From an uncultured Eubacterium sp. (GTDB lineage: Bacteria; Bacillota; Clostridia; Lachnospirales; Lachnospiraceae), in the NCBI GenBank assembly GCA_904502145.1, contig CAJGDH010000001.1, positions 1 through 44,287 of the forward strand: 44,287 bases of DNA, given 5' to 3'. Below, in pieces: positions 1-8,619 of the stretch. The notes beneath the pieces are model-generated. The model did no database searches. It was not told the origin of the DNA and saw only the letters and a program-made list of their open reading frames with translations. Both the position numbers and the translations under genes were made by a program. Every line of letters starts with the position of its first letter. Position 1 is the first letter of the stretch.

Positions 1-645
1 ACACTGCTGGCTTCCACCTGGAACAGGGATCTGATGAGAGAGATGGGCCGGATGGCAGGAGAGGAAGTGAAAGAGAATAATCTTTGTATATGGCTGGCTC
101 CGGCCGTCAATATACACAGAAACCCTCTTTGCGGCAGGAATTTCGAATATTATTCCGAAGACCCTTATCTCACCGGTGAGATGGCCGCATCTCTGGTAAG
201 AGGTGTGCAGTCAATGAAGGTGGCGGCCACTGTAAAGCATTTTGCCTGCAACAATAAGGAAACCAACCGCCGGGAGAGTGACTCAAGGATATCGGAGAGG
301 GCCCTGAGGGAAATCTACCTGAAACAGTTTGAGATCATCGTTAAAGAATCCGACCCCTGGGTAATCATGTCCAGCTACAATCTGATCAACAGTGTCAGAA
401 GTTCAGAAAATAAGGAACTGCTGGAAGGAATCCTTCGAGAAGAGTGGAATTACGACGGCATCGTCTGTACCGACTGGTATACCCATGGAGAACATTACAA
501 GGAACTTCTTGCCGGTAATGATATCAAGATGGGGACAGGATTCCCGGAACGTCTGATGAGAGCCCTGGAGATGGGCATCATCACCAGGGAGGATATGCTT
601 CATTCTGTCAGGAGGATCCTCAGGATGATTATGAAGGTTGACTGA
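1..645 (+). CDS. GH3 beta-glucosidase, 3' part (5'-truncated by the window edge)
   Basis: Frame is open from base 1 (TLLASTWNRDLMREMG...). GH3 barrel motifs LAPAVNIHRNPLCGRNFEYYSEDP, KHF, MSSYN and nucleophile motif VCTDW. Confidence 0.92.
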   Translation, partial: TLLASTWNRDLMREMGRMAGEEVKENNLCIWLAPAVNIHRNPLCGRNFEYYSEDPYLTGEMAASLVRGVQSMKVAATVKHFACNNKETNRRESDSRISERALREIYLKQFEIIVKESDPWVIMSSYNLINSVRSSENKELLEGILREEWNYDGIVCTDWYTHGEHYKELLAGNDIKMGTGFPERLMRALEMGIITREDMLHSVRRILRMIMKVD

Positions 646-678
646 TCTTTTAAAAACAGGCATATGACGATTGAACGC

Positions 679-716
679 AAAAACCCGCGGACCTATTGTC
701 CGCGGGTACTTTTTTT
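679..716. terminator. Bidirectional intrinsic terminator between convergent genes
   Basis: Perfect stem ACCCGCGGAC-ctatt-GTCCGCGGGT (683-707), with an A-run before it and a T-run after it. Confidence 0.85.
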
Positions 717-771
717 ATCTAAGGCCGCATGATATGCACATAGGGCAGAATGCGGAACATAGAGATATGTA

Positions 772-1677
772 TCACAGAGATTTTAAATAAAGCAGGATCA
801 TGGCACAGAGCCTGTAGGTCATGGCACACTCAAAACGGCGGATATCCAGCCCGGTTTCATTCTGGATCTGTTCCAGGCGGTAGAGCAGGGTGTTTCTGTG
901 AATATGAAGCTGTCTTGCCGTCTCGGCGATGTTCAGGTCATTTTTCAGGAAACAGTTGGCCGTCTGGAGGATGTCGGACCGGAAGACAAGTGAATCGGAA
1001 GTCAGATAGTCCTCTCCAAGACTGGTACGGATATATTCCCTGCAGACCTCCGGGGAGAGATCATTGAGCAGATTACCCAGACCCATCTCCGTGTACAGAC
1101 AGATGGTCCTGTCCGGATAGAAGACGGAACCGACCTTCAGGGTAAGCTGGGCTCTACGGAAAGAGAGAGGCAGCTGGCGGAGTTCTTCCGTCATCTCGTC
1201 ACAGGCGATGACAGCCTGTTCCATCAGCTCGGTATTCAATGTATCCAGGATCTCGTAGGCCTTTTCCTTTATATTGACACTCTTTTTTGAAGGAAAACGG
1301 CAGACCAGGATAAGCTGGTTCTTGCGGTGAGGAAGAATCCATGACTTACTGTCGGGGAGAAGATTCTTAAGAAGAGTGATCACTTCCGGATAAAGGTCAT
1401 GTTTCAGGGAGATCAGATAAAGGCATCTCTGTTCCTTATCGTTGATGTGCATCCGGTCGGCGTAAGAAAAGAATTCCTCATCATCCATCTCGCCGGAAAG
1501 CCACTGCCTCAGGATGTCTTCACGGTTGTTAGCCTCTTTATAAGCCTTGGATAAGATCCGGATCCTTTGTACGGTTTCCTCCGGGTTAGTGAGGGAGTCC
1601 TGATCCACATCAAGTCTTAGCCCGGTCAGTTTTTCAAATTCCTCTACGGCTTTTTTCAATGTCTGTGTCCTGTTCAT
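772..1677 (-). CDS. PucR/CdaR-family transcriptional regulator (YxkF-like)
   Basis: C-terminal HTH NIAETARQLHIHRNTLLYRLEQI..TGLD after a GGDEF-like middle region. Start placed at ATG 1677 because AGGAG lies 8 nt upstream; the ORF-track start 1683 is only 2 nt from it. Confidence 0.88.
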   Translation of the reverse strand: MNRTQTLKKAVEEFEKLTGLRLDVDQDSLTNPEETVQRIRILSKAYKEANNREDILRQWLSGEMDDEEFFSYADRMHINDKEQRCLYLISLKHDLYPEVITLLKNLLPDSKSWILPHRKNQLILVCRFPSKKSVNIKEKAYEILDTLNTELMEQAVIACDEMTEELRQLPLSFRRAQLTLKVGSVFYPDRTICLYTEMGLGNLLNDLSPEVCREYIRTSLGEDYLTSDSLVFRSDILQTANCFLKNDLNIAETARQLHIHRNTLLYRLEQIQNETGLDIRRFECAMTYRLCAMILLYLKSL

Positions 1678-1681
1678 TATC

Positions 1682-1721
1682 ATTACTCCTGCAATTTATG
1701 TATTACTTCTGTAATTTATGT
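1682..1721. repeat. 20-bp imperfect tandem duplication overlapping the regulator RBS
   Basis: ATTACTCCTGCAATTTATGT followed directly by ATTACTTCTGTAATTTATGT (18/20 identical). Confidence 0.85.
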
Positions 1722-1730
1722 ATTCTTGCA

Positions 1731-1770
1731 AAGAAAAGCTCCTGAGATCCTTAAGGATCCCGGGAGCTTT
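1731..1770 (-). terminator. Intrinsic terminator downstream of msmX
   Basis: Minus strand reads AAAGCTCCCGGGATCC-TTAA-GGATCTCAGGAGCTTTTCTTT: a hairpin plus U-tract. Confidence 0.75.
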
Positions 1771-1823
1771 AATTATGCCATAATCAAGCCTGTAATTCAA
1801 GCAGGCCATGCGGAACAGGGCGA

Positions 1824-2927
1824 TCAGTTTGTAATAGTGACCTCTGTTTCCTTATCAAATACATGGATCTTGTTCATGTCAAGTGCAAACTGAGCTTTGG
1901 ATCCCTGTCTTAATGAAGTGCTGGAAGAAGTACGTGCAGTCATCTGCATACCCTCAAGATCGAAGTAAAGGTATACTTCTGCACCAAGCAGCTCGTAGAA
2001 CTTGATGTCAGCTTCGATGGTGCTTCCCGCATCTTCCGGAGTAGCTTCTCTTACATCTTCCGGACGGATACCGAGAACAACGGTCTTTCCGTCATAACCG
2101 CCATCAATAAGAGCCTTGGCTTTATCTGCGGGAACCGGGAAGATGCTGTTGCCGATCTGAAGGGTGACATCGTTGCCTTTCACATTGCAGATCGCATCAA
2201 AGAAGTTCATCTGCGGTGATCCGATAAATCCGGCAACGAACAGGTTGCAAGGTTTATTATAAAGATTCTTCGGGCTGTCAACCTGCTGGATGTAACCGTC
2301 TTTCATAACAACGATCCTGGTACCGAGAGTCATAGCCTCTACCTGGTCATGGGTAACGTAGATGATGGTAGCGCCCAATCTCTGGTGGATCTTGGAAATC
2401 TCGATACGCATCTGAACTCTCAGCTTGGCATCCAGGTTGGAGAGAGGCTCGTCCATAAGGAAAACCTTAGGCTGACGAACAATGGCACGACCCATGGCAA
2501 CACGCTGTCTCTGACCACCGGACAGCTGGCTCGGTTTTCTGTCAAGCAGCTGGTCAAGGTCAAGGATCTTGGCTGCTTCGCGAACCTTAGCGTCGATCTC
2601 GTCTTTCGGTACTTTACGTAATTTAAGGGAGAATGCCATATTGTCATATACGGTCATATGCGGATACAGAGCGTAGTTCTGGAATACCATGGCGATATCA
2701 CGGTCTTTAGGCTCAATATTGTTCATGAGTTCACCGTCGATATAGAACTCACCGTCTGTGATGGACTCAAGACCTGCGATCATACGAAGTGTAGTGGATT
2801 TTGCACAGCCTGAAGGACCTACAAAAATGATGAACTCTTTATCCTTGATCTCAAGGTTGAAATCATGAACAGCATGGAATCCGTTCGGATAAATTTTCTG
2901 CACGTTTCTTAAACTTAAATCTGCCAT
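1824..2927 (-). CDS. msmX: Multiple-sugar ABC transporter ATP-binding protein (MsmX/MsmK/UgpC type)
   Basis: Walker A GPSGCAKST, VFQNYALYPHM, LSGGQRQR signature, MDEPLSNLDAKLR, YVTHDQ, C-terminal TOBE/OB region; AGGAGG RBS. Confidence 0.95.
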   Translation of the reverse strand: MADLSLRNVQKIYPNGFHAVHDFNLEIKDKEFIIFVGPSGCAKSTTLRMIAGLESITDGEFYIDGELMNNIEPKDRDIAMVFQNYALYPHMTVYDNMAFSLKLRKVPKDEIDAKVREAAKILDLDQLLDRKPSQLSGGQRQRVAMGRAIVRQPKVFLMDEPLSNLDAKLRVQMRIEISKIHQRLGATIIYVTHDQVEAMTLGTRIVVMKDGYIQQVDSPKNLYNKPCNLFVAGFIGSPQMNFFDAICNVKGNDVTLQIGNSIFPVPADKAKALIDGGYDGKTVVLGIRPEDVREATPEDAGSTIEADIKFYELLGAEVYLYFDLEGMQMTARTSSSTSLRQGSKAQFALDMNKIHVFDKETEVTITN

Positions 2928-3011
2928 TATATTTCCTCCTCATAATACAGCAAATATAAAATTGGAAGGAGAGTAGGAATAACCGCCCTTCTCCCTTTAA
3001 CATATATGTAT

Positions 3012-3040
3012 ATAATACAATTAAAGCAATTTTATCTCAA
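3012..3040 (-). promoter_or_regulatory. Putative sigma-A promoter of msmX
   Basis: Minus strand TTGAGA-17 nt-TATTAT. Confidence 0.55.
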
Positions 3041-3083
3041 TGTAAGGATTGTATGAAAAAACGAAAGAATCTATGTTTAATCT

Positions 3084-5003
3084 TTATAATATGTGGTCTT
3101 CCTTGTTGACACCCAGGAACAGGGAGAGGGTACGTGCGTTATCCGTAAGCTGGTCCGTGTCGGGAATGCTTCCGATCACGTTGTCCGTCAGCCAGTCCAT
3201 GGTCAGGATCTCTTCCGTGGAAAGGACGGAATCCCTGTCCTGCCGGATTACCTTGTCCTGAGAGGACAGGATGCCTTTAAAGGGATTCAGCTGCCCGTCG
3301 ATCACCGCCTGTTTCAGGACCTCCGTCAATCTTACGGTACCTGACGGCAGACGTCCTGACTGTACAAGATCAACGATGCCCGAGGAGATGCCCCACCAGT
3401 AACTTACCCCCTTGCCTTTCTTTGCGTTTTCTTCCGATTTCCAGATGCCGTTCAGGATATTTGCCACGGTTTTATCATAGAATACACTCCAGTCCCAGAC
3501 CGGCATGGCAATATTCCAGATTCCGTGTTCGTCTTCCGTATACAGCCCGATCCTTCTTGTATATTCCTCTGCATTGAAGCTGTCCTTGTCGCAGATCACC
3601 CTGATCCCATTTTCCCTGAAGAAAGAATAGATGTCCTGGTCCTGCTTTTTCAGTCTGGACCACCGTAGCCAGATCTCCGCCCTGGGATTGACCATCTTGG
3701 CCCCGATGGCAAATGCATTGATATTGGAGATGGTGCCATAGATCGGGTAATCGGCGATGTAACCGATCCGGTTGTTCTCCGCCATGGCCCCCGCAATGAC
3801 TCCCATCAGGAATTTGACTTCATACATCCGGGCATAGTAAGTGCGGACATGGGGATAGGCAGTGTGGGTGGTACAGTTTAAAAAACGGATATTCTCATGT
3901 TCAACAGCAGCTTTGAGGGTAGCCTTCAGGAAGATGGGTGAGGTGGTGAAGACCAGCTGATGGTCATCCTTTACCGCCTTTTCCAGCACATCTTCTACAT
4001 TGTTAAGATCCGTATTGTTGTAGACGGAAGTGGTCACATGTTCGGGAAATGCTTTTTCCAGATAGGTCCGGCAGACTTCATGGTTGAATGTCCAGGCGGA
4101 ATCCGACGCGGACTGGGCATGGACAAAGGCGATATTCAGATGTCTTGTTCCTCCGGTGATCAGGTGCAGGAAAGGACTTGCTTTTTTCTCCACCGGGTCA
4201 AGCTGGATGCCGGTGGAATCGGAACTTAGCTGCAAAGTAAACTCCTTCCGGCATTTTTCCATTCTTGCGGAAAGCTCTTTAAGGCTGATCCCGGTCAGGG
4301 TGGGATAGTCATAGATGGAGATGAAGGTAAGAAATGCAGAGCTGACCTCTGTGAATTTCTGTTTTCCCATCATTTTGAGGTACTGCTGCTTAAAGAGGCT
4401 GAACAGGGAGTTGAAGGTCATCCGGTCATCCTCGGTCCAGTACTGATCCCGGCTCATGCCGATCAGCCGCTGCAGCTTGGGGAAACTGCCCGGTTCCCTG
4501 AAATACAGTGTGTTGATCTGAGAAACCTGATAAAAGTCAAGAAATTCGTAATAAGCCCTGATATCCGGATGATCCGTCTGGGGAGGCATAAGCCTGGTGA
4601 CTTCGGCCTGAATGGAGACCGAATCAAAATATTTAAGGACACTGACCCTTTTATTGCCTTCAAGGACATAGAATTCATTCAGATATTCATAGACTTTAAT
4701 GGGATCATTTATCCCCTCCTTAAGGTGGGCGGCACAGAGTGCTATCCATTTATGTCCGAATTCCGTATCCGGTTTGAGAAGAGGGAAGAAGCTTTTGCTG
4801 AAACTGGTCTTCCTTGCCGCGGTTACGGTGCCGGCGATCTGATCAAGAGATACGGACTGGATACCGATCGGTATCCCGCTGGATACCCTGAGCCCCGCCT
4901 GGGCGAGGATCTCATCGAGTACCGCCGGGGATCCCCCTTCTTTTTTTCCTGCCTGTAAGGCTTTATCATAATGGGCTCTGGCTTCACCGTATGCTGAATT
5001 CAT
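3084..5003 (-). CDS. Cytoplasmic fusion of an N-terminal ParB/Srx-like domain and a C-terminal BMP (PnrA/TmpC-like) ligand-binding domain
   Basis: N-terminal PIKVYEYLNEFYVLEGNKRVSV resembles the ParB/Srx DG.HR motif. From about aa 288 it has BMP motifs (IAFVH..SDSAWTFNHE, LMGVIAGAM..NRIGYIADYP, INAFAIGAKMVNP, WDWSVFY). No signal peptide or lipobox; AGGAGG RBS. Confidence 0.8.
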   Translation of the reverse strand: MNSAYGEARAHYDKALQAGKKEGGSPAVLDEILAQAGLRVSSGIPIGIQSVSLDQIAGTVTAARKTSFSKSFFPLLKPDTEFGHKWIALCAAHLKEGINDPIKVYEYLNEFYVLEGNKRVSVLKYFDSVSIQAEVTRLMPPQTDHPDIRAYYEFLDFYQVSQINTLYFREPGSFPKLQRLIGMSRDQYWTEDDRMTFNSLFSLFKQQYLKMMGKQKFTEVSSAFLTFISIYDYPTLTGISLKELSARMEKCRKEFTLQLSSDSTGIQLDPVEKKASPFLHLITGGTRHLNIAFVHAQSASDSAWTFNHEVCRTYLEKAFPEHVTTSVYNNTDLNNVEDVLEKAVKDDHQLVFTTSPIFLKATLKAAVEHENIRFLNCTTHTAYPHVRTYYARMYEVKFLMGVIAGAMAENNRIGYIADYPIYGTISNINAFAIGAKMVNPRAEIWLRWSRLKKQDQDIYSFFRENGIRVICDKDSFNAEEYTRRIGLYTEDEHGIWNIAMPVWDWSVFYDKTVANILNGIWKSEENAKKGKGVSYWWGISSGIVDLVQSGRLPSGTVRLTEVLKQAVIDGQLNPFKGILSSQDKVIRQDRDSVLSTEEILTMDWLTDNVIGSIPDTDQLTDNARTLSLFLGVNKEDHIL

Positions 5004-5028
5004 AATTGTTCCTCCTGAATGGGAAATG

Positions 5029-5037
5029 ATTATACCA
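5029..5037 (-). promoter_or_regulatory. Extended -10 promoter of the ParB-BMP gene
   Basis: Minus strand TGGTATAAT, about 25 nt upstream of the ATG. Confidence 0.6.
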
Positions 5038-5144
5038 ATCCTATAACATATTTTCGGGAAAAAGACAATACGGGAGCCCCGGCAGCCACCTTGTGAAGGT
5101 CAAATGATACGAAAGAAAGCCTTTATTTTCATATTATCGTGCCC

Positions 5145-5173
5145 TAGATAATCAGAAACCGATTAGGTATAAT
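5145..5173 (+). promoter_or_regulatory. Putative sigma-A promoter of the GH32 gene
   Basis: TAGATA-17 nt-TATAAT. Confidence 0.55.
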
Positions 5174-5247
5174 TAAGACAGGTTATTATAAGTAGAAAGA
5201 AAACCGGCATCTGTTTTCCGTTAAGCCGGTCCGAAGGGGAGGACAAA

Positions 5248-6801
5248 ATGAGAAGAACGCTGAAGATCGATAAAGGATATATTTACATTCCGATCTATAC
5301 AGGAAAGGATAATCAGCTTTTTTCTTTCTATCTGAGCGACGGTGAGTCCAAAACGGAAAAAGTGATGGAATTTCAGATCCCGGTGGATATGAGTAAGGAA
5401 GAGGAATATTTCGGGGATTATCTGGCCGAGATCCCGGTGTGGAAATACCTTGGCAAGACGATGATCATTGAAGGGGAATTTCCCATGATCATGGGTATGC
5501 GGATACAGAACCGGAAAAAACGCCGGCAGTATATGACCAACCGGCCTCTGATCCATTTCACCGCCAACCGCGGCTGGACCAATGACCCTAACGGCATGGT
5601 ATACAAAGACGGTCTGTATCATCTTTATTACCAGTATAATCCTTTCGATGTCCGATGGGAAAATATGAGCTGGGGCCACGCCATCAGTAAAGACCTGCTC
5701 CACTGGGCACAGCTTGATACGGTGATGTTTCCGGATGAAGGCGGAACCATGTTCAGCGGATGTGGTATCGTCAACGAAAAAGAACTGATCGGCCTTCCTG
5801 CTGAAGCCCTTCTGTTCTATTATACCGAGGCAGGCGGGACCAATCTCTGGAGTGAAAGCAAAGAATTTACCCAGAAGATCGCTTACAGCACGGACATGGG
5901 AGAGACCTTCCGCAAGATGGACAAGCCCTGTATCGATACCATATTTAAGGAGAACCGTGATCCCAAGATCTTCTGGCATGAGGACAGCGGAGCCTACATC
6001 ATGGTCCTCTGGCTTAAGGGCAACGAATTCGGCATCTTCCGGTCCACCGACCTGGAAAACTGGGACCAGTCCCAGACCATCTTTCTCGAGGATGCCTGGG
6101 AGTGCCCGGATCTCTTTCAGCTGACCTCCGCCGAGGGGGTAAAGCAGTGGTTTTTCTGGAGTGCCGACGGTTATTATTTCCCGGGAACTTTTGACGGATA
6201 CAGTTTTATCAACCATGGGGAAAGACACAAAGCATATATCTCCAAGATTCCTTATGCCGCCCAGACTTTTTCCGGGGTGGAGGACAGGGTGATCTCCATT
6301 CCATGGCTCCGCATAGAGAATGACGGAAGGTTGTTCACCGGATCCTACGGAATCCCCACGGAGATGTCCTGGTACGATTTTCATGGGCGTTCCTTCCTGA
6401 TCCAGCGTCCGGTGCGTGAATTCTATGAGCAGCTTGAACCCGTTGATCCCAGGAGGATCATTCCGGAAGACGGGTATATCCTTTATGAAAACAGGAATCA
6501 TGACAGAGTTTTCTTTTCTTCCATGATGCTTTCCGATCATTACGGAGACACTTATGAATGGGAAGTCAATTCTTCCAGAGTAACCTACAGTCCTCATTCG
6601 GGCATACTGACCGTAGACGGGGAGAAATTCCAGGCAGGCACGGACTACCGCAAAGTGGAGATGATCGTGGATGACCGTATCCTGGAGATCTTCTTTGACG
6701 GCGGCAAAGGATTCGGAACCTTCAGCCTGGCTGACCGGACCGTCAGTTTCCGGATGGATGAAAGTATGGTTGAATACATCGATTATTTTGAAATAAGGTA
6801 A
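5248..6801 (+). CDS. GH32 beta-fructofuranosidase/levanase-type hydrolase, intracellular
   Basis: Catalytic motifs WTNDPNG, RDPKIFW and WECPDLF, plus WGHAISKDL and FSGCG. No signal peptide; GGAGG RBS. Confidence 0.93.
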   Translation: MRRTLKIDKGYIYIPIYTGKDNQLFSFYLSDGESKTEKVMEFQIPVDMSKEEEYFGDYLAEIPVWKYLGKTMIIEGEFPMIMGMRIQNRKKRRQYMTNRPLIHFTANRGWTNDPNGMVYKDGLYHLYYQYNPFDVRWENMSWGHAISKDLLHWAQLDTVMFPDEGGTMFSGCGIVNEKELIGLPAEALLFYYTEAGGTNLWSESKEFTQKIAYSTDMGETFRKMDKPCIDTIFKENRDPKIFWHEDSGAYIMVLWLKGNEFGIFRSTDLENWDQSQTIFLEDAWECPDLFQLTSAEGVKQWFFWSADGYYFPGTFDGYSFINHGERHKAYISKIPYAAQTFSGVEDRVISIPWLRIENDGRLFTGSYGIPTEMSWYDFHGRSFLIQRPVREFYEQLEPVDPRRIIPEDGYILYENRNHDRVFFSSMMLSDHYGDTYEWEVNSSRVTYSPHSGILTVDGEKFQAGTDYRKVEMIVDDRILEIFFDGGKGFGTFSLADRTVSFRMDESMVEYIDYFEIR

Positions 6802-6848
6802 GATGTCCCAAAACACAGCCGATATAATCATTTGATGGAGAGAAGAGG

Positions 6849-7826
6849 ATGGCAACGATAAAAGATGTCGCAAAAGAAGCCGGACTTGCGGTGAGTACGG
6901 TATCACGGATCCTGAATAACCGGGGTTATATCAGTGAAGAAGCGAAAGCCCGTGTTCATAAGGCCATGGAGGACCTGGATTACCAGCCCAATGAACTTGC
7001 AAGGTCACTTCATCGAAATACGTCCAACCTGATCGGCCTGATCGTCCCTCATATTCGTCACCCATACTTCTCCGAGGTGATCAGTTATATTGAGGACCAG
7101 GCTTACAAAAAGGGATACCGTATTCTTCTGTGCAATTCCCAGAGGATCGGTGAAAGGGAACAGAACTACATAGATATCTGCAGGAGAAACCGTGTCGCAG
7201 GAATCATCATGTGTACCGGAATGTACTCCATAACGGAGTTCAGGGATCTCGGTGTCCCCGTTATTGCCTGGGAACGCTTTATCGATCCGGATGTGGCTTC
7301 CGTGGAGTGTGATAATGTCTACGGCGGTATGCTTGCCGCCAGACACCTGATCGGGAAGGGATGCAGGCACATCCTGCATTTTGGTACGGTCTCCCTCATG
7401 CAGATGCCCGGTGACTTCCGTTATGCCGGCTTTAAAAAGGTCTGTGAGGAGGAAGGGATCGAATACCATGAAGAGCTGACTTCTCCTGCCCCGGATTACC
7501 ATCTGGACAGGACTATGGATATCGTGGAGATCCTGAAGAAATATCCCACTGCCGACGGTGTGTTCGCCAACAATGATATCCTGGCAGCCCAGACCATAAA
7601 GGCCTGCAGATTTTGCGGCATTGCTGTGCCGGACCGGATGAAAATCGTGGGATATGATGACGCTTTTATTTCCAGGCTGACCAGTCCTTCCATCACCACG
7701 GTCCGACAGCCGGTGGCCAGGATGGCAGAGCATGCCGTAAACACCCTTGACCTGGCGATCCGCAAGGAACCCTTCAGCAGAAAAATGGTATTTCCGGTAA
7801 CTCTTGTTGAGCGGGAAAGTACGTAG
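6849..7826 (+). CDS. LacI-family transcriptional regulator (ScrR/DegA-like)
   Basis: TIKDVAKEAGLAVSTVSRILN HTH, YQPNELARSL hinge, IVGYDD and ITTVRQP. Confidence 0.95.
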   Translation: MATIKDVAKEAGLAVSTVSRILNNRGYISEEAKARVHKAMEDLDYQPNELARSLHRNTSNLIGLIVPHIRHPYFSEVISYIEDQAYKKGYRILLCNSQRIGEREQNYIDICRRNRVAGIIMCTGMYSITEFRDLGVPVIAWERFIDPDVASVECDNVYGGMLAARHLIGKGCRHILHFGTVSLMQMPGDFRYAGFKKVCEEEGIEYHEELTSPAPDYHLDRTMDIVEILKKYPTADGVFANNDILAAQTIKACRFCGIAVPDRMKIVGYDDAFISRLTSPSITTVRQPVARMAEHAVNTLDLAIRKEPFSRKMVFPVTLVEREST

Positions 7827-7850
7827 ATCATGAATACAGGATAAAGCAAT

Positions 7851-7876
7851 AAAAGGATGCCTCAGGCATCCTTTTT
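7851..7876. terminator. Bidirectional intrinsic terminator
   Basis: AAAAGGATGCC-TCA-GGCATCCTTTTT, a perfect inverted repeat between convergent genes. Confidence 0.88.
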
Positions 7877-7878
7877 CC

Positions 7879-8619
7879 TTATCTGGCCAATGCGCCGGCC
7901 AGTGTTATGCTGTCTTCAAGATGGTCTGTGTTGGAGATGATCACCGCGTAGAGCGGAGCTTTTTCTTCCCCCTCATCTAGCTTCTGATCCTCATTGTAGG
8001 TTCTCCCGAATTCCGTATCGGTAAGATCGATGGAAAAATACCCTTCTATCCCCTGAGATTCATCCGTGGAACCGTCTTCATTCTGTTTGAGGTTGGCCGT
8101 GCTTTTTACCAGCTTTCCCTCTTTCATCAATGACGCGGTAAGTTTGTCCGGAAGAACGGTATCCAGAGGCATACAGGCATTGATGGCCAGGAGATAGGAA
8201 TACATATCAGGGCCGCAAACCGCCACGTCCATTCTTCTGGATGAAACCGTGGTCATCACCTCGATCTCCTGCACATAGTAGTAGGAATTATCGTAATCAA
8301 AAGGCTGGTCCTGGTTCACATCCACCTTACCCGGCTTTCCGTCTTTCTTCAGGGAATCGATAAAGGGATCGAACCAGTCGTCGCAGTAAAGATCATTGTT
8401 CAGGACAACACATACCCTCAGCCTGCAGGGCTTCTGACCTTCCCAGAGAAGGTGTGCAAAGGTCAGGATCACCATGAGAGAGAAGAGGGCAACGATGATC
8501 TTATAACGGTAATAATCCCAGACAAAACGCCAACGGTCTTTTCCTTTCAGCCGCCTGAAGGTACCGATATCCCTCTTTACCTCTTTTCTGAAGACCGACT
8601 CTTTTTTTTCTTTATTCAT
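7879..8619 (-). CDS. Conserved hypothetical single-pass membrane protein (YesL-associated)
   Basis: Basic N-terminus, FVWDYYRYK motif, one TM helix, then an external domain. Start placed at ATG 8619 (GAGGA RBS, 8-nt overlap with the yesL stop) rather than 8634. Confidence 0.75.
   Translation of the reverse strand: MNKEKKESVFRKEVKRDIGTFRRLKGKDRWRFVWDYYRYKIIVALFSLMVILTFAHLLWEGQKPCRLRVCVVLNNDLYCDDWFDPFIDSLKKDGKPGKVDVNQDQPFDYDNSYYYVQEIEVMTTVSSRRMDVAVCGPDMYSYLLAINACMPLDTVLPDKLTASLMKEGKLVKSTANLKQNEDGSTDESQGIEGYFSIDLTDTEFGRTYNEDQKLDEGEEKAPLYAVIISNTDHLEDSITLAGALAR

Noticed and set aside
3049..3070. Possible PucR-family site TTGT-N8-ACGA upstream of the msmX promoter
   Set aside because: Imperfect, single and in AT-rich DNA, so it cannot be distinguished from chance by eye.
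5221..6906. 561-aa antisense ORF over the GH32 gene
   Set aside because: In-register shadow of a real gene with no recognisable motifs. Long antisense ORFs recur throughout the window, as expected from codon bias.
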